Part shown: piece after piece, positions 33,795 through 45,250 of the stretch
Layout: each line of letters opens with the position of its first letter
Position numbering within the stretch: the first letter of the stretch is position 1
From: Granulicella sp.
Lineage (GTDB): Bacteria; Acidobacteriota; Terriglobia; Terriglobales; Acidobacteriaceae
DNA: 64,000 nucleotides
Direction: 5' to 3'
NCBI GenBank assembly: GCA_965277925.1
Contig: OZ255850.1
Coordinates: forward strand, 2,855,030 to 2,919,029
Translations under genes and position numbers: made by a program
Notes under the pieces: model-generated
Databases searched by the model: none
What the model was told of the DNA's origin: nothing
What the model saw: the letters and a program-made list of their open reading frames with translations, nothing else

Positions 33795-35699
33795 TCAGTG
33801 CGTAGTGTGCCTCTTGGCAGCCGTATGGGTCTGCGTACTCCCGGCATGCGTTCGCTGAAGGACGCCGCGATCGCCTTTCTTGCTGGGTGCCGACGAGCTC
33901 TTGGCAACGCCGCGTGCCGCTGTGCGCGATGTTTCATGCGAAGCACTGCGCGATCGGGGCCGCGACGCAGCGCTGCCGCGACGGGCACGCGATGAGCTCC
34001 GCGGAGCCAACCTCACCGGCTCCGCCACGTAGAGAGATCGCCCCGGCGCAACGCGATTCGACGAAAGCCGGTTCCACGCGCGCAACTGCTCGATACTGAT
34101 GCCGAAGCGGTCGGCCACGGTGATCAGCGTGTCGCCGCGGCGCACCTTATAGCGCTGTTGAGCCGATCGTTCCGCGGCGGCGATCGGAACCACGAGTTCA
34201 TCGGCCGCCTCGACAGGCTGTGCCGCGGCGATGTCGTTATACGTCGCGATCGCGCTGGCCTTGGCGTGCATCGAGGCCGCAATCGTATCCAGCGTCTCCC
34301 CGTCCTTCACCACATGGAAGCGCCAGCTCCTGCGGTCCTCCTCCGGAATCTCTTTCAGGCGATCGAGGTAGGTCTGGCGCGTGCCGGCCGGGATGTGCAT
34401 GTCGTAAGGAATATCGCTGGGCGTGGAAAGCCGCAGCAGCGCGGGATTGAGCGCGACGATCTCAGGCACCGTGGCGTCGGTCAGGTCGGCGACCAGTTGC
34501 AGGTCGATCGCGTACGACGTCGTGACGGTGTCGGAGAGCACTGGCGGATCGGGCACGATGTCCGTGAGGCCGTACTGCTTCGGATTTTTCGCCATGATGA
34601 TCGCCGCAAGAATACCCGGCACATAGTTCTTGGTCTCCGCAGGCAGCGCGTTACGCCGATAAAGCTCCCAGAAATCCGCGTATCCGGTGCGGCTTACCGC
34701 GCGCTGCACATACAACGGACCCCAGTCGTACGCGGCCATCGCGAGATACCAGTCGCCGAACTGGTTATAGAGCGACTTGATGTACTTCGCGTAGGCTACC
34801 GTCGACTTCTCGGGATCGAAGCGTTCATCGAAGTAGCCGTTGCGCTCCAGCCCATAGGCTCCGGCGAAGGGCATGAACTGCCACATGCCGCCCGCGCCGG
34901 AGCCGCGGTTGAGCGCCTGCGGCTCAAAACCCGACTCCGCCACAGCCTGATAGATGAGGTCCTGCGGGACGCCGTTATCGCGCAGGATCTTTTGGATCAT
35001 GGCCTTGTATTTGCCGGCGCGCTCCAGCGACGCCTTCAGGTGCGCATGACCCGTCGGCGAGTTGGTGAAGTAGTTGATGAAGCCCGCGACGTAATCGTTC
35101 ACCACCAGAGGAAAGTCTGATTGCGTGGTCTTCAACTCCGCGCTCACACGGCCAACCAACGCGGGGTTGGGCGGAAAAGTAACCGCCTCGGCATCGGCCA
35201 GCGGCGCGTCTTCGATCTTCGGCGAGAAGCCGTTGCCCTGCTTGAGCGCGACCAACTCCAACGAGTTAATCGCCGAAAGCAAACGATCGAATTCGTCCGA
35301 CAGTTGCGGATCGTTCTTCACGTCCATGCCGCTCGAAAGCATGGTATCCACCGCAAAATCGAAGTCTGTGCGTGCGGCGTCGAGGCGATTGGCGTCGTAG
35401 TTGTCCACGCCCGACTTATAACTTGCCTCGGCGCTGTCGATAAGCTTCTGCGCCTTCTGCGCGTGCTGCTCGTCGAGGATAAGCTGCGCCGCCTGCGGCT
35501 GTTGCTGCGCGGCGCTCTGCGTTGCCTGCTGTTGTTGCTGGAGCGTGGGAGCGGTGGCGTTCGCCGCTGCGTGACCGGGTGCGCCGGCCGCTGCCGACGT
35601 ATCGGCCGGACAGCCGGTGAGCGCCAGCAGCAGCGGCGCGCAAGCGAGGGCGAAGACTGTTCGTCGCAGCAGAGCCGTGTTTCGTTCGCGCGATATCAA
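33795..35699 (-). CDS. Lytic transglycosylase lipoprotein with LysM domains (MltD-like)
   Basis: Lipobox ALTG-C; AVAESGF, AGGMWQFMP, LAMAAYDWG, ETKNYVP; LysM repeats HVVKDGETL and YKVRRGDTL. Confidence 0.92.
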   Translation of the reverse strand: MISRERNTALLRRTVFALACAPLLLALTGCPADTSAAAGAPGHAAANATAPTLQQQQQATQSAAQQQPQAAQLILDEQHAQKAQKLIDSAEASYKSGVDNYDANRLDAARTDFDFAVDTMLSSGMDVKNDPQLSDEFDRLLSAINSLELVALKQGNGFSPKIEDAPLADAEAVTFPPNPALVGRVSAELKTTQSDFPLVVNDYVAGFINYFTNSPTGHAHLKASLERAGKYKAMIQKILRDNGVPQDLIYQAVAESGFEPQALNRGSGAGGMWQFMPFAGAYGLERNGYFDERFDPEKSTVAYAKYIKSLYNQFGDWYLAMAAYDWGPLYVQRAVSRTGYADFWELYRRNALPAETKNYVPGILAAIIMAKNPKQYGLTDIVPDPPVLSDTVTTSYAIDLQLVADLTDATVPEIVALNPALLRLSTPSDIPYDMHIPAGTRQTYLDRLKEIPEEDRRSWRFHVVKDGETLDTIAASMHAKASAIATYNDIAAAQPVEAADELVVPIAAAERSAQQRYKVRRGDTLITVADRFGISIEQLRAWNRLSSNRVAPGRSLYVAEPVRLAPRSSSRARRGSAASRPRSRSASHETSRTAARGVAKSSSAPSKKGDRGVLQRTHAGSTQTHTAAKRHTTH

Positions 35700-35793
35700 C
35701 CTCTTTATTGTACGGGTTGGAGCGGACGAGAGACCTGGGGCCTATGGAGGAGGATAAGAGGCCGGTGGGAGCAAATGGCGTGCTTGCGGTGTC

Positions 35794-35907
35794 TAGAGCA
35801 GAAACAGAGTTGCTGTAATGAGCCTCCACGTCAAACAGGCTTTTTCCCAAAGAAAAAGCCTACTCCTCTTCTGTTAGCCGCATGCTACTTACTCTGTTTC
35901 TGCTCTA
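35794..35907. mobile_element. 114-bp MITE-like element
   Basis: Perfect 17-bp inverted repeats TAGAGCAGAAACAGAGT (35794-35810) and ACTCTGTTTCTGCTCTA (35891-35907) with TA at both ends; internal hairpin AGGCTTTTTC-CCAAA-GAAAAAGCCT. Confidence 0.7.
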
Positions 35908-36057
35908 ATAGAGCGAGCCTATTTGGGAAAAGGAATCTTTGAAGTGCCGCCAACGAAGCCAAGCGCGCTTCGTCCAGGATTTCGCTGCTTTCCCTTGGCG
36001 GCTTCAACCCGGGCCTGCGCCGATCTACTCTCGCCGATCTACTTTTAAGGAGTCCGT

Positions 36058-37542
36058 ATGAACCGCTGTGCCATAGTAGTAGCCTCCATGCTGGTGCTGG
36101 TTGGCGCAGTTCCTCTGGCGGCGCAGCAGCCTGCGCCGCCGGCACAACTGACAATCTACAATGAAGACTTCGCGGTGGCGCGCACCAGCGTTCCGCTTGA
36201 CCTGCACACCGGCACGAATGAGGTGCTGACAACCCGCGTGACCAGCCAGTTGGAGCCGGACTCGGTGGTCCTGCGCGACCCGGCAGGGCATCGCGTGCTG
36301 CACGTTCTGGAGCAGGACTACGACGCCGGCGTGGTGACCCAGGCCTGGATGCTGAACAAGTATGAAGGCCAGACCATCGACTTCCAGATCCAAGGGCCGT
36401 ATTTGATCAATACCGACACGGGCGAGAAGATGCTGCCCGCGCAGACAGTCAAGGGCCGCATCGTGCGCGCGGGCGACCAGCCGCTGATCGAGATCGACGG
36501 GCATCTGCAGTTCCAGCTTCCAGGGCTGCCGCTGTTTCCGGCCGCGACCAACGGTCTACTGCTGAAACCAACGCTGCGCTGGCAGATCGAAGCGGACAGG
36601 CCCGCGAAGTTCGATGCGGAGCTGGATTACATCACGCATGGGATGAGCTGGCAGGCAACGTACAACGTGGTTGTGCCGGAAGCGGAGAACGTCGCGGGCG
36701 CGGAGCTTGCCGAGGTGCTGGGGTGGGTGACGATCCAGAACAACTCTGGCACCGATTTTCCGCAGGCAGCCATTCAATTGATGGCCGGCGACGTCGCGAA
36801 GCTCCCGCAGCCACGTCAGTTCCAAAGGCAGTACGGCAGCGTGAGCCAGACGGTGTCTGTGGAAGCTGGGTCGGGAGTAACCCAGAGAGCCTTTGACGAC
36901 TTTCATCTTTACGACCTGCATCGCACGGTTTCGCTCAGCAACAACGAGAGCAAGCAGGTGCAGTTTCTCGATGTCGCCGGCGTGACCGTGCAGCGCACCT
37001 ATGAGTACGACGGGAACGCGGCTGAATATCAGAACTTCTATCCGGGGTATCACAATGACCAGCGCGACTTCGGCCGCTCCGGCAATACGACCGTTGCAAT
37101 CCGTGAGGGGATCGATAACTCCGAAGCCAACCACCTGGGAATGCCGCTACCCGCGGGAAGGCTGCGCTTGTACCGCCGCGAGAGGACCGGGCAGATGCAG
37201 TTCGTCGGCGAGAGCATGGTGAAGCATACGGCCGCCGGCCAGACGCTGCAGGTTATCAGCGGCCACGCATTCGACCTGACCGGAGCCCGGCGGCAGACGG
37301 AGTTTTCCGTGAATCAGGCTGCCCACACCATCGATGAGAGTTTTGAGATCAAGCTGTCGAACGCAAAGACAATGCCGGTGACGATCCATGCGGTAGAGCA
37401 CATGAACCGTGGCGAAAACTGGGCGATCACCGCCAAGTCGAACGACTTTACGAAGAGCGACAGCAGCACTGTTGACTTTCCCGTGACTGTGCCCCCCAAG
37501 GGCGAAACGACGCTGACCTATTCCGTGCATTACACGTGGTAG
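36058..37542 (+). CDS. Secreted DUF4139-family protein
   Basis: Signal peptide; LTIYNEDFAVAR, LDYITHGMSWQATY, FDDFHLYDL, LGMPLPAGRLRLY, VFTVPPKGETTLTY-like C-terminus (FPVTVPPKGETTLTY). Confidence 0.85.
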   Translation: MNRCAIVVASMLVLVGAVPLAAQQPAPPAQLTIYNEDFAVARTSVPLDLHTGTNEVLTTRVTSQLEPDSVVLRDPAGHRVLHVLEQDYDAGVVTQAWMLNKYEGQTIDFQIQGPYLINTDTGEKMLPAQTVKGRIVRAGDQPLIEIDGHLQFQLPGLPLFPAATNGLLLKPTLRWQIEADRPAKFDAELDYITHGMSWQATYNVVVPEAENVAGAELAEVLGWVTIQNNSGTDFPQAAIQLMAGDVAKLPQPRQFQRQYGSVSQTVSVEAGSGVTQRAFDDFHLYDLHRTVSLSNNESKQVQFLDVAGVTVQRTYEYDGNAAEYQNFYPGYHNDQRDFGRSGNTTVAIREGIDNSEANHLGMPLPAGRLRLYRRERTGQMQFVGESMVKHTAAGQTLQVISGHAFDLTGARRQTEFSVNQAAHTIDESFEIKLSNAKTMPVTIHAVEHMNRGENWAITAKSNDFTKSDSSTVDFPVTVPPKGETTLTYSVHYTW

Positions 37543-37651
37543 TTGTGGGCAGACCCATGGCTGCAGCGGGGATACTGAACGGCGGAATCGCTGCCGATGG
37601 TAGCCTAGAAGCTCGAAGCTACGCGCCTCTCACCCTCGCATCCGGAATGGC

Positions 37652-39454
37652 ATGGACCCAAGATTCATCCGCAACTTCGCGATCATCGCGCACATCGACC
37701 ACGGCAAATCGACTCTCTCGGATCGCCTGCTCGAGCTTACGGGCTCGCTGACCTCGCGCGAGATGCAGGCGCAGGTGCTCGATGCGATGGACCTCGAACG
37801 CGAGCGCGGCATCACCATCAAGGCCCACACCGTGCGCATGATGTACACGGCGTCCGACGGCAACACGTACCAACTCAACCTCATCGACACGCCCGGTCAC
37901 GTCGACTTCAGCTACGAGGTCTCGCGCTCGCTGGCCTCCTGCGAAGGCGCGCTGCTGGTGGTCGATGCTTCGCAGGGCGTGGAAGCGCAGACGCTGGCGA
38001 ACGCGTATCTCGCGATCTCGAACGGCCTCGAAATTATTCCGGTCATCAACAAGATCGACCTGCCCAGCGCGGACATCGAGCGCACCAAGGCGATGATCGA
38101 AAAGTCGGTGGGCCTGCCTGCCGATGATGCGGTCGCGGTGAGCGCCAAGACCGGGCAGAACGTCGCCGACATCCTCGAAGCGGTGGTGCATCTGCTTCCG
38201 CCGCCGGCGGGGGACGCGGACGCTCCGTTGCAGGCGCTCATCTTCGACTCGTGGTTCGACGCATATCGCGGCGTGATCGTTCTGGCCCGCATCATCAACG
38301 GCCGTTTGCGCAAGGGCGACCGCATCAAGATCATGTCCAATGGGCGGCAGTTCGATGTCGATTCGATGGGCGTGATGACGCCCAAGCCGGTCGAGCTGAC
38401 GGAGCTGAGCGCGGGCGAGGTCGGCTTCTTCGTGGCGACCATCAAGAACGTTGCCGACACGAAGGTCGGCGACACAATCACCCACGTGGACAGGCCGTGC
38501 GCGGAGGCGCTGCCCGGCTTTGAAGACATCAAGAGCATGGTCTTCGCCGGGCTCTATACGGTCGATTCGCACGAACATGCGCTGCTCCGCGACGCCCTCG
38601 AAAAACTTCGCCTCAACGACGCCAGCTTCAACTTCGAGCCCGAGTCCTCTGTCGCGCTCGGCTTCGGCTTCCGCTGTGGCTTCCTCGGGCTGCTGCATCT
38701 GGAGATCATCCAGGAGCGTCTGGAACGCGAGTACAACCTCGACCTCATCACCACCGCGCCCGGGGTGCGCTACAAGATCACCATGACCGACGGCTCCATG
38801 CTCGAAGTCGACAATCCCTCGCGCTGGCCCGACAGCACCGAGATCGAGCAGATTGAAGAGCCCGTCATTACCGCGAAGATCCTCACCAACGAGGAGTATG
38901 TCGGCGGAATTCTGAAGCTGGTCGAAGACAAACGCGGGCGTCAGCAGAACTTCGAGTACGTCTCCGAGACGCGCGTGATGCTGACCTACGAGCTGCCGCT
39001 GAACGAGATCGTGCTCGACTTCTACGACCGGCTGAAGTCGGTCTCGCGCGGCTACGCATCTCTTGACTACCACCTCGCCGGCTCGTGGGTTTCGCCCATG
39101 GTGAAGATGGATATCCTCATCGGCGGCGACCCGGTCGATGCGCTGTCGATCATCGTGCATCGCGATGCGGCTTACGAGCGCGGCAAGGCGCTGGTCTCGA
39201 AGATGCGCGAGTTGATTCCGCGCCAGATGTTCGAAGTGGCGATCCAGGCCGCGATCAGCTCCAAGGTCATCGCGCGCGAGACCGTGACGGCGATTCGCAA
39301 GAACGTCATCGCCAAGTGCTACGGCGGCGATATCAGCCGCAAGCGAAAATTGTTGGAGAAACAGAAGGAAGGCAAGAAGCGCATGAAGCGCATCGGCAAG
39401 GTCGACATCCCGCAGGAGGCGTTCCTCGCGGTATTGAAAGTCGGCGAAGAGTAA
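37652..39454 (+). CDS. lepA: Translation elongation factor 4
   Basis: [61 protein letters not shown]. Confidence 0.98.
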   Translation: MDPRFIRNFAIIAHIDHGKSTLSDRLLELTGSLTSREMQAQVLDAMDLERERGITIKAHTVRMMYTASDGNTYQLNLIDTPGHVDFSYEVSRSLASCEGALLVVDASQGVEAQTLANAYLAISNGLEIIPVINKIDLPSADIERTKAMIEKSVGLPADDAVAVSAKTGQNVADILEAVVHLLPPPAGDADAPLQALIFDSWFDAYRGVIVLARIINGRLRKGDRIKIMSNGRQFDVDSMGVMTPKPVELTELSAGEVGFFVATIKNVADTKVGDTITHVDRPCAEALPGFEDIKSMVFAGLYTVDSHEHALLRDALEKLRLNDASFNFEPESSVALGFGFRCGFLGLLHLEIIQERLEREYNLDLITTAPGVRYKITMTDGSMLEVDNPSRWPDSTEIEQIEEPVITAKILTNEEYVGGILKLVEDKRGRQQNFEYVSETRVMLTYELPLNEIVLDFYDRLKSVSRGYASLDYHLAGSWVSPMVKMDILIGGDPVDALSIIVHRDAAYERGKALVSKMRELIPRQMFEVAIQAAISSKVIARETVTAIRKNVIAKCYGGDISRKRKLLEKQKEGKKRMKRIGKVDIPQEAFLAVLKVGEE

Positions 39455-39558
39455 GACATGGACGTCGGCGAAGAATAGAACCCGCGCACGCGGGGTAGTC
39501 GGTCCCTTGTGCCCGCAGCGGGCGCGCCCCGGTCGGCATCCCCTATACTGAAATTTCC

Positions 39559-41067
39559 ATGGACGACATTTCGCCGGAAGCACCGCCGGGCGCACTCGAA
39601 GCGCAGCTTGCTCAGCAGCAGGGCGATCTTCGCATCGCCGCGCTGCGAAACTACAAGCTGGACCACGCGTACGATGAGATGTTTGCCGACGAAGGCGAGC
39701 TCCACGATCACTACGCGCCGCTGCTGGAGCACTTCGCCGCGCTTCCCCAGGATGAGGTGCAGCGCCGCAAGCAAGCCGCCGACCTCAGCTTTCTCAATCA
39801 GGGCATTACCTTCACGGTCTATGGCCGTGAAGAGGGCACCGAAAAAATCTTCCCCTACGACCTGCTCCCGCGCATCATCACGGCGGCCGAGTGGGCCAAG
39901 GTGGAAGCCGGCCTGACGCAGCGCATCACGGCCCTGAACCTCTTCCTCAAGGATATTTACAACGAAGGCCGCATCCTCAACGATGGCGTTGTCCCACGCG
40001 AGATCGTCTACTCGTGCCAGCACTTTCGCCGCCAGATGAGCGGTCTGCAGGTGCCGCGCAACGTGTACATCGCGGTCTGCGGGACCGATCTCATCCGCCT
40101 CGAAAATGGTGACTTCGCGGTGCTGGAAGACAACCTTCGCGTGCCTTCCGGCGTGAGCTACATGCTTACCAACCGGCGCGTAATGAAGCGCATCTTCCCG
40201 CAGCTCTTCCGCAACTACAACGTGCGCCCAATCGAGCAATACACGCAGTTGCTGCTGGGCACGCTGCGCTCCCTCGCGCCCGAAGGTCGCCCCGAACCGA
40301 ACATCGTCCTGCTCTCGCCCGGCGTCTTCAACTCGGCCTACTTCGAGCACGCGTATCTGGCTCGCCAGATGGGGATCGAGCTTGTCGAGGGCCGCGATCT
40401 TGTGGTCCACGACAACGTCTGCTACATGCGCACCACCAGCGGTCTGCGCAGGGTTGACGTGATCTATCGCCGCGTTGACGACGACTTCATCGATCCACTT
40501 TCGTTCCGTTCGGACTCGATCCTGGGCGTGGCCGGGCTGTTCAACGCCTATCGCGCAGGCAATGTTACGCTGGCCAACGCCTTCGGCACGGGCGTGGCCG
40601 ATGACAAGGCGCTCTACGCCTACGTGCCCGACATTATCCGGTATTACCTAAGCGAAGAGCCGGTGCTGAACAACATCGAGACCTTCCTGTGCACGCGCGA
40701 AAAAGAGCGCAAGTATGTGCTGGCGAACCTCGACAAGCTGGTGGTGAAGGCGGTGGGCGAATCCGGTGGCTATGGCATGTTGATCGGCCCTCACTCGACC
40801 GCCAAAGAGCGTGCCGAGTTTGCCGATCGCATCGAAGCCAATCCGCGCAACTACATCGCTCAACCGACGATCAGCTTCTCGCGCGCGCCGTGCCTCATCG
40901 GAGACGAGCTCGAGCCGCGGCATGTCGACCTGCGGCCTTACGTCCTCTATGGCGACAAGGTGACGATTGTGCCCGGCGGCCTGACTCGCGTGGCGCTGCG
41001 GCGCGGTTCGCTGGTGGTCAATAGCTCGCAGGGCGGAGGCTCGAAGGACACCTGGGTGCTGAGCTAA
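39559..41067 (+). CDS. Circularly permuted type-2 ATP-grasp protein
   Basis: [75 protein letters not shown]. Confidence 0.95.
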   Translation: MDDISPEAPPGALEAQLAQQQGDLRIAALRNYKLDHAYDEMFADEGELHDHYAPLLEHFAALPQDEVQRRKQAADLSFLNQGITFTVYGREEGTEKIFPYDLLPRIITAAEWAKVEAGLTQRITALNLFLKDIYNEGRILNDGVVPREIVYSCQHFRRQMSGLQVPRNVYIAVCGTDLIRLENGDFAVLEDNLRVPSGVSYMLTNRRVMKRIFPQLFRNYNVRPIEQYTQLLLGTLRSLAPEGRPEPNIVLLSPGVFNSAYFEHAYLARQMGIELVEGRDLVVHDNVCYMRTTSGLRRVDVIYRRVDDDFIDPLSFRSDSILGVAGLFNAYRAGNVTLANAFGTGVADDKALYAYVPDIIRYYLSEEPVLNNIETFLCTREKERKYVLANLDKLVVKAVGESGGYGMLIGPHSTAKERAEFADRIEANPRNYIAQPTISFSRAPCLIGDELEPRHVDLRPYVLYGDKVTIVPGGLTRVALRRGSLVVNSSQGGGSKDTWVLS

Positions 41068-41069
41068 CC

Positions 41070-42272
41070 CTACCCCAGCAGCCCTGCCATCGAGACCCAG
41101 CACAGCGCCGTCTGCGTGACGATCACACCCGCCGTCAGCAGCAGAAACAGATTACGCTGTCGGGTCTCCAGCGCATCCGCGAAGACGCCGCCGACAAACG
41201 TGAACAGAAACGGCAGCGCCCACAACCACGGCGCGCTGATGACTTGCGTTGTGTACACAAACACCAGCACCAGCACCATCAGCAGCGGCGCCGTGTTGCC
41301 GAAGTAGCGGCTGCGGCGCGTGGTCGCGTAGAGTACCAGCGCGACCAGCGTGGCCACCATCATTCCAGCGTTGGCCGGTGTGAAGACGAAACGGCGCAGC
41401 GCAGCGGTGGTCAACCAGAAGCGCCCGCTCCCGCCCGAAAAGACGTAGAGGAACGCCGTCAGTTTGAAGCTGAACGAGGCAAAGACAATCGCCATCGCCC
41501 CCAGCGCCGCATAGATCATGATCTGCGCGACGTGGGCTCGCCGCCGCTCGGCGAGATAGAAGAAGAACAGGCCGCCCGCAACCCAGCCGATCATGGCGGC
41601 CAGCACATGCGCCGCCGCGGTCAACCCCAGAGCCACCGTGAGCAGCAGAATGCGCGGCTTCCACTTGCTGCGCGGCCCCTGCAACGCGTGCGCCACACCC
41701 ATGGCCGTATACACCAGCCCGTAGAGCCCCCACATGGCAAGCACCTCGTTGTTCGGGCGACTCGCATAGCGCACGATAGCCGGGCAGAACACGTAGAGCG
41801 CCAGGGCCAGCGCGCCGCCTTCCGGGCCGAACAGCCGCTTCGAGACCCACCACAACCCGCCGCCCAGCCAGATTGCAAACAGCACGAAGGGCAGCCGCAT
41901 GAGGTACTTCACGAAGCCGAGTTCGTGGCGCGCCTCCCACGTGGTCCCGTTCAGCGAGCTGCCCGCGTAGAGACGATCCTCCGGTTTACGAAAGCGGTCG
42001 GCGGTGAGCATCATCAGCCGTTGGGCCGTGAGTGGAAAGCCAGCCAGCCGATAGGCAAACGTGCCGTCGCCATTGAGGTTGCCGCAGGTGGTGAAGTAGC
42101 CCTGCAGCACCGAGGGGCTCTCCCACATCTCGCGTCCGCAGTGTGCGTAGCGATAGTCGTTGGCATCCAGCGGCTGGTGCGCGATGGTCCAGAGACACTC
42201 GCCCAGCAGCGCCAGCAGCAGCAGCGCGGCAACCCGCTGCGCGCGCCCAATGGTAAAGCCTCGCAATCTCAT
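41070..42272 (-). CDS. GT-C (ArnT/PMT-like) membrane glycosyltransferase
   Basis: Multi-TM; MRLPFVLF...SKRLFGPEGGALALALYVFCP...NNE; LLLTVALGL...AH. Confidence 0.7.
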   Translation of the reverse strand: MRLRGFTIGRAQRVAALLLLALLGECLWTIAHQPLDANDYRYAHCGREMWESPSVLQGYFTTCGNLNGDGTFAYRLAGFPLTAQRLMMLTADRFRKPEDRLYAGSSLNGTTWEARHELGFVKYLMRLPFVLFAIWLGGGLWWVSKRLFGPEGGALALALYVFCPAIVRYASRPNNEVLAMWGLYGLVYTAMGVAHALQGPRSKWKPRILLLTVALGLTAAAHVLAAMIGWVAGGLFFFYLAERRRAHVAQIMIYAALGAMAIVFASFSFKLTAFLYVFSGGSGRFWLTTAALRRFVFTPANAGMMVATLVALVLYATTRRSRYFGNTAPLLMVLVLVFVYTTQVISAPWLWALPFLFTFVGGVFADALETRQRNLFLLLTAGVIVTQTALCWVSMAGLLG

Positions 42273-42390
42273 CGTCAGGGGAAAGTGTACAAGGGATCGC
42301 GGAACGCGGCCCTATGCGCTGGAGCGCTCGGCGATGATCGCCGAGTCCGGCGCTGAGCATCTCCGGCTGCAACCCTGTATTTTTGAAAGT

Positions 42391-42852
42391 ATGGATTCGC
42401 TCACGTTCACTCCCGGCCGCGCCTTTCTCTCGTCCAACTCTCCGGCGGTCCCGTGGACGGCTGTATTCGAGGACGAAGGGCCAGCGGGCTATCTTTACGC
42501 CTGCGACCGGTCGCGGGAGACCCACGAGGAGTCCATCCTCGACGCCATGCTGATCTATAGCAGTGGCGCGAGCAGTGGTGCGAGCGGCGGGAAACTGGGC
42601 GACAGCGGCGACGAACCTGGGGACACGGCCCGCGAGCGGCTGGCCAGCATCCAGTGGTCGCGCGACGGCCAGCAGTGCGTGCTCTATCTCGATGGCAGCG
42701 CCCAGGCCTTCATCGACTTCGCCGCCCACACCAGCTTCTGCCGCTCGAACTTTCCCAACTTCCTGAACGAGCACAATGACACCTGGCGCAAAAGCTCCCA
42801 CGCCTGGGACGACGCCGCGCTACAGAGCTTCGAGGCGGCCATCTACGCCTGA
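42391..42852 (+). CDS. DUF2251-family protein
   Basis: AVFEDEGPAGYLYA, ILDAMLIY, IQWSRDG, CRSNFP, HAWDD. Confidence 0.8.
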   Translation: MDSLTFTPGRAFLSSNSPAVPWTAVFEDEGPAGYLYACDRSRETHEESILDAMLIYSSGASSGASGGKLGDSGDEPGDTARERLASIQWSRDGQQCVLYLDGSAQAFIDFAAHTSFCRSNFPNFLNEHNDTWRKSSHAWDDAALQSFEAAIYA

Positions 42853-43307
42853 ACCAATCCGGGGGTTCCATGTCTCGCTTCTGAGGACCTGTCGAAAGAA
42901 CTTCTCTCCGACCAGGCGGTGGGAGACAGGGCCACCCCCACCCCCCTCCCCCCATTGATTAATTGCTTTTATGCAAAACAATTCATACAAAGGACTTAGA
43001 AGGGGGATTGACTGCCCTGTTGCTGTCCCGCCGCCAGAATGAATGCCGGGACTTTTCCGTTCTTCGTGCTGTTTCCATGATACGGCGCGGCGCAGGGGAA
43101 ACGCGCCAAATGTTTTTGGCGAAATGTTCTTTCCTTTTCAAGGAGATGAGTGCGGTCGGTTGCCTGCAGGGCTTGACAGGTTTTCGGGCGGGCGGGAGAA
43201 CGTGTTGCGAAAAACGCTCCTTCGAGTCGGCTGCTGCTGGCGTGGCCTGTACCTGCATGTTTGTGCGGGGCTCGACCCGCTTGCCCCACCCAGTAAACTG
43301 AACATCT

Positions 43308-43910
43308 ATGATCCTCAGGCTTCCCACCGGCCCGTTCGCCGCTTACCTCTTCGACTGCGACGGCACCATCGTCGACTCCATGCCACTGCACTACGTTGCG
43401 TGGAACCGCGCACTCACCGAGTACGGCTGCGCCAACTTCAGCGAAGAGCTCTTCTATCGCATGGGCGGGATGCCGGTCGCCGACGTAGTCGCGGACCTGA
43501 ACAGGCGCGATGGCTTGGCCATGCCGGTTGGCGAGTTCGCGCTGCGCAAGGAGAGTCTCTACTACGACCTCATCCACGACCTGCAGCCCGTTCCCGAGGT
43601 GCTCGAGCACATTCATGCCAGCCACGGAAAGATTCCGTTCGCCGTGGTCTCGGGCAGCACGCGCGCGTCGGTCGAAAAGTCACTGTCCGCGCTGGGCATC
43701 CTCGACCTGTTCGACACTCTGGTCTGCGCGGGCGACTATACCCGCGGCAAACCGGACCCCGAGCCCTTCTTGCTGGCGGCCGAGCGTCTGGGGGTTGCGC
43801 CGAAAGACTGCCTGGTCTTTGAGGATGCCGAGGTAGGCATTCGCGCGGCCACAGGGGCGGGCATGCCCTCGGTGCGGATCGCGCAGCCCTGGGAGCGTGT
43901 CCCGGTTTAG
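43308..43910 (+). CDS. HAD-IA phosphatase (beta-phosphoglucomutase-like)
   Basis: FDCDGTIVDS, VVSGS, GKPDPEPF, LVFEDAEVGI. Confidence 0.93.
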   Translation: MILRLPTGPFAAYLFDCDGTIVDSMPLHYVAWNRALTEYGCANFSEELFYRMGGMPVADVVADLNRRDGLAMPVGEFALRKESLYYDLIHDLQPVPEVLEHIHASHGKIPFAVVSGSTRASVEKSLSALGILDLFDTLVCAGDYTRGKPDPEPFLLAAERLGVAPKDCLVFEDAEVGIRAATGAGMPSVRIAQPWERVPV

Positions 43911-44535
43911 AGCAGCCGCTGTCCCAGATCGGGAGGCCGAAGAAAAAGAGTTGTGCGAGCTGCGCTGCGGCGGCCGGCGCGGTCCTATAGTAAGGAAATA
44001 CCTGAAGGAGTCTTACACTGCTTCTCAGCAAGTCGAAGAAGCACTACGTCGGCCTCACTTGGGCCAATGGCGAACTCAAAGGCGGCTTCGCCATGCAATG
44101 CGATAAGAGCAATTACCGGGGCATCCTCACTGCGATCGAGGGTATCTCGGGCAAGAAGGCAGTCGATTCCGATTCCATGCCCGGTCAAGCATTAGGCTGT
44201 CGAAAAAATTAATATCTCCAGGCCGTATCGCGCAGCACCGCGCCTGGCGTAGTATCTCGCAGCAGCAAAACCCGGGCCCCCGCGATTCCCTGTACTGCAC
44301 GATTAGATACCAAGAAAACCATAGCAGCGCAGGCCCGGCCGTAGCCGGGCCTTTCCCTTTAACCCAGCGCTGTGCAAAGAAACCGGACAACCCAGGGCAT
44401 CTTTCTACAGAGTGATTTGCACAAGCGCGGGAATTCGTCCGACCCGGGCCGAGAGGGTCGACACGGCAGGTGGCCTGCCACGTCATTCACCTCTTTGCAG
44501 GTTGGTTGCGATACCGCTCAACGCTCTGCCCGGAA

Positions 44536-44700
44536 TCATTCATCGTCCCGCTCCGATCCTTCGATCTCTTTGGCTTGCGACAAAATGGAATAGAGGAGAG
44601 AGGCTGAATACAGGCCGCACTTGCCGTCATCGAACGTAATGATAACGGCATTGTCGAGTCTCTCTGCGGAGAGGAGGCGGGGACCAGCGGGGATTTCCAT
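44536..44700 (-). CDS. Small hypothetical protein (54 aa)
   Basis: LLSAERLDNAVIITFDDGKCGLYSASLLY beta-hairpin/helix pattern; ATG at 44700. Confidence 0.45.
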   Translation of the reverse strand: MEIPAGPRLLSAERLDNAVIITFDDGKCGLYSASLLYSILSQAKEIEGSERDDE

Positions 44701-44845
44701 AGCGCGAGTATCGCGCCGCGATGAATCCTTTTCTGCCTCCCATGCGACAGAGGCGCGATTCCAGGGCAGGATACCCTCCGGTTCTGGAGACATCCTGCTA
44801 TACTGAGAAACGTTGTCCAAATAGCCGTCATCCAGCAGGATCACC

Positions 44846-45043
44846 ATGCCAAAGTTAAAAACCCACTCGGGTGCAGCCAAGCGCTTCAAGAAGACCGGCA
44901 CCGGCAAGTTCAAGCGCGGTCAGACGAAGATGCGCCACATCCTGACGTCGAAGACGAACCAGACCAAGAGCAAGTTGGGCCGGATCGTCCTCGTCTCCGT
45001 GGCTGATACGCCGAAGGTCGCACGCATGTTGCCTTACGCGTAG
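44846..45043 (+). CDS. rpmI: 50S ribosomal protein L35
   Basis: MPKLKTHSGAAKRFKKTGTGK...HILTSK. Confidence 0.97.
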   Translation: MPKLKTHSGAAKRFKKTGTGKFKRGQTKMRHILTSKTNQTKSKLGRIVLVSVADTPKVARMLPYA

Positions 45044-45250
45044 GAATTCTTTTCGCAGATTTCGCGAAGTCGTAAGCAGCAGCTAGAGTTTTTCGAATCG
45101 AGCCGTATTTCATACAAAACAAAGGGCCGCCAAAGCGTTGAGGCCCCTGGGGTTGCGCAGCAAAACCCACTGAGATTCGAAGCAGCAAGCGAGTGAAGAG
45201 GCCCACCTTACCTCCAACCGCTAACCGATACACGCAAAAGGAGATAGACC

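Noticed and set aside
43911-44535. Possible ncRNA or small genes in a poorly coding stretch
   Set aside because: Only a terminator-like hairpin (AGGCCCGGC-CGTA-GCCGGGCCT near 44330) and short ORFs without support; nothing identifiable.
44700-44845. Missing infC upstream of rpmI-rplT
   Set aside because: Separation of infC from rpmI-rplT is common and uninformative without the rest of the genome.
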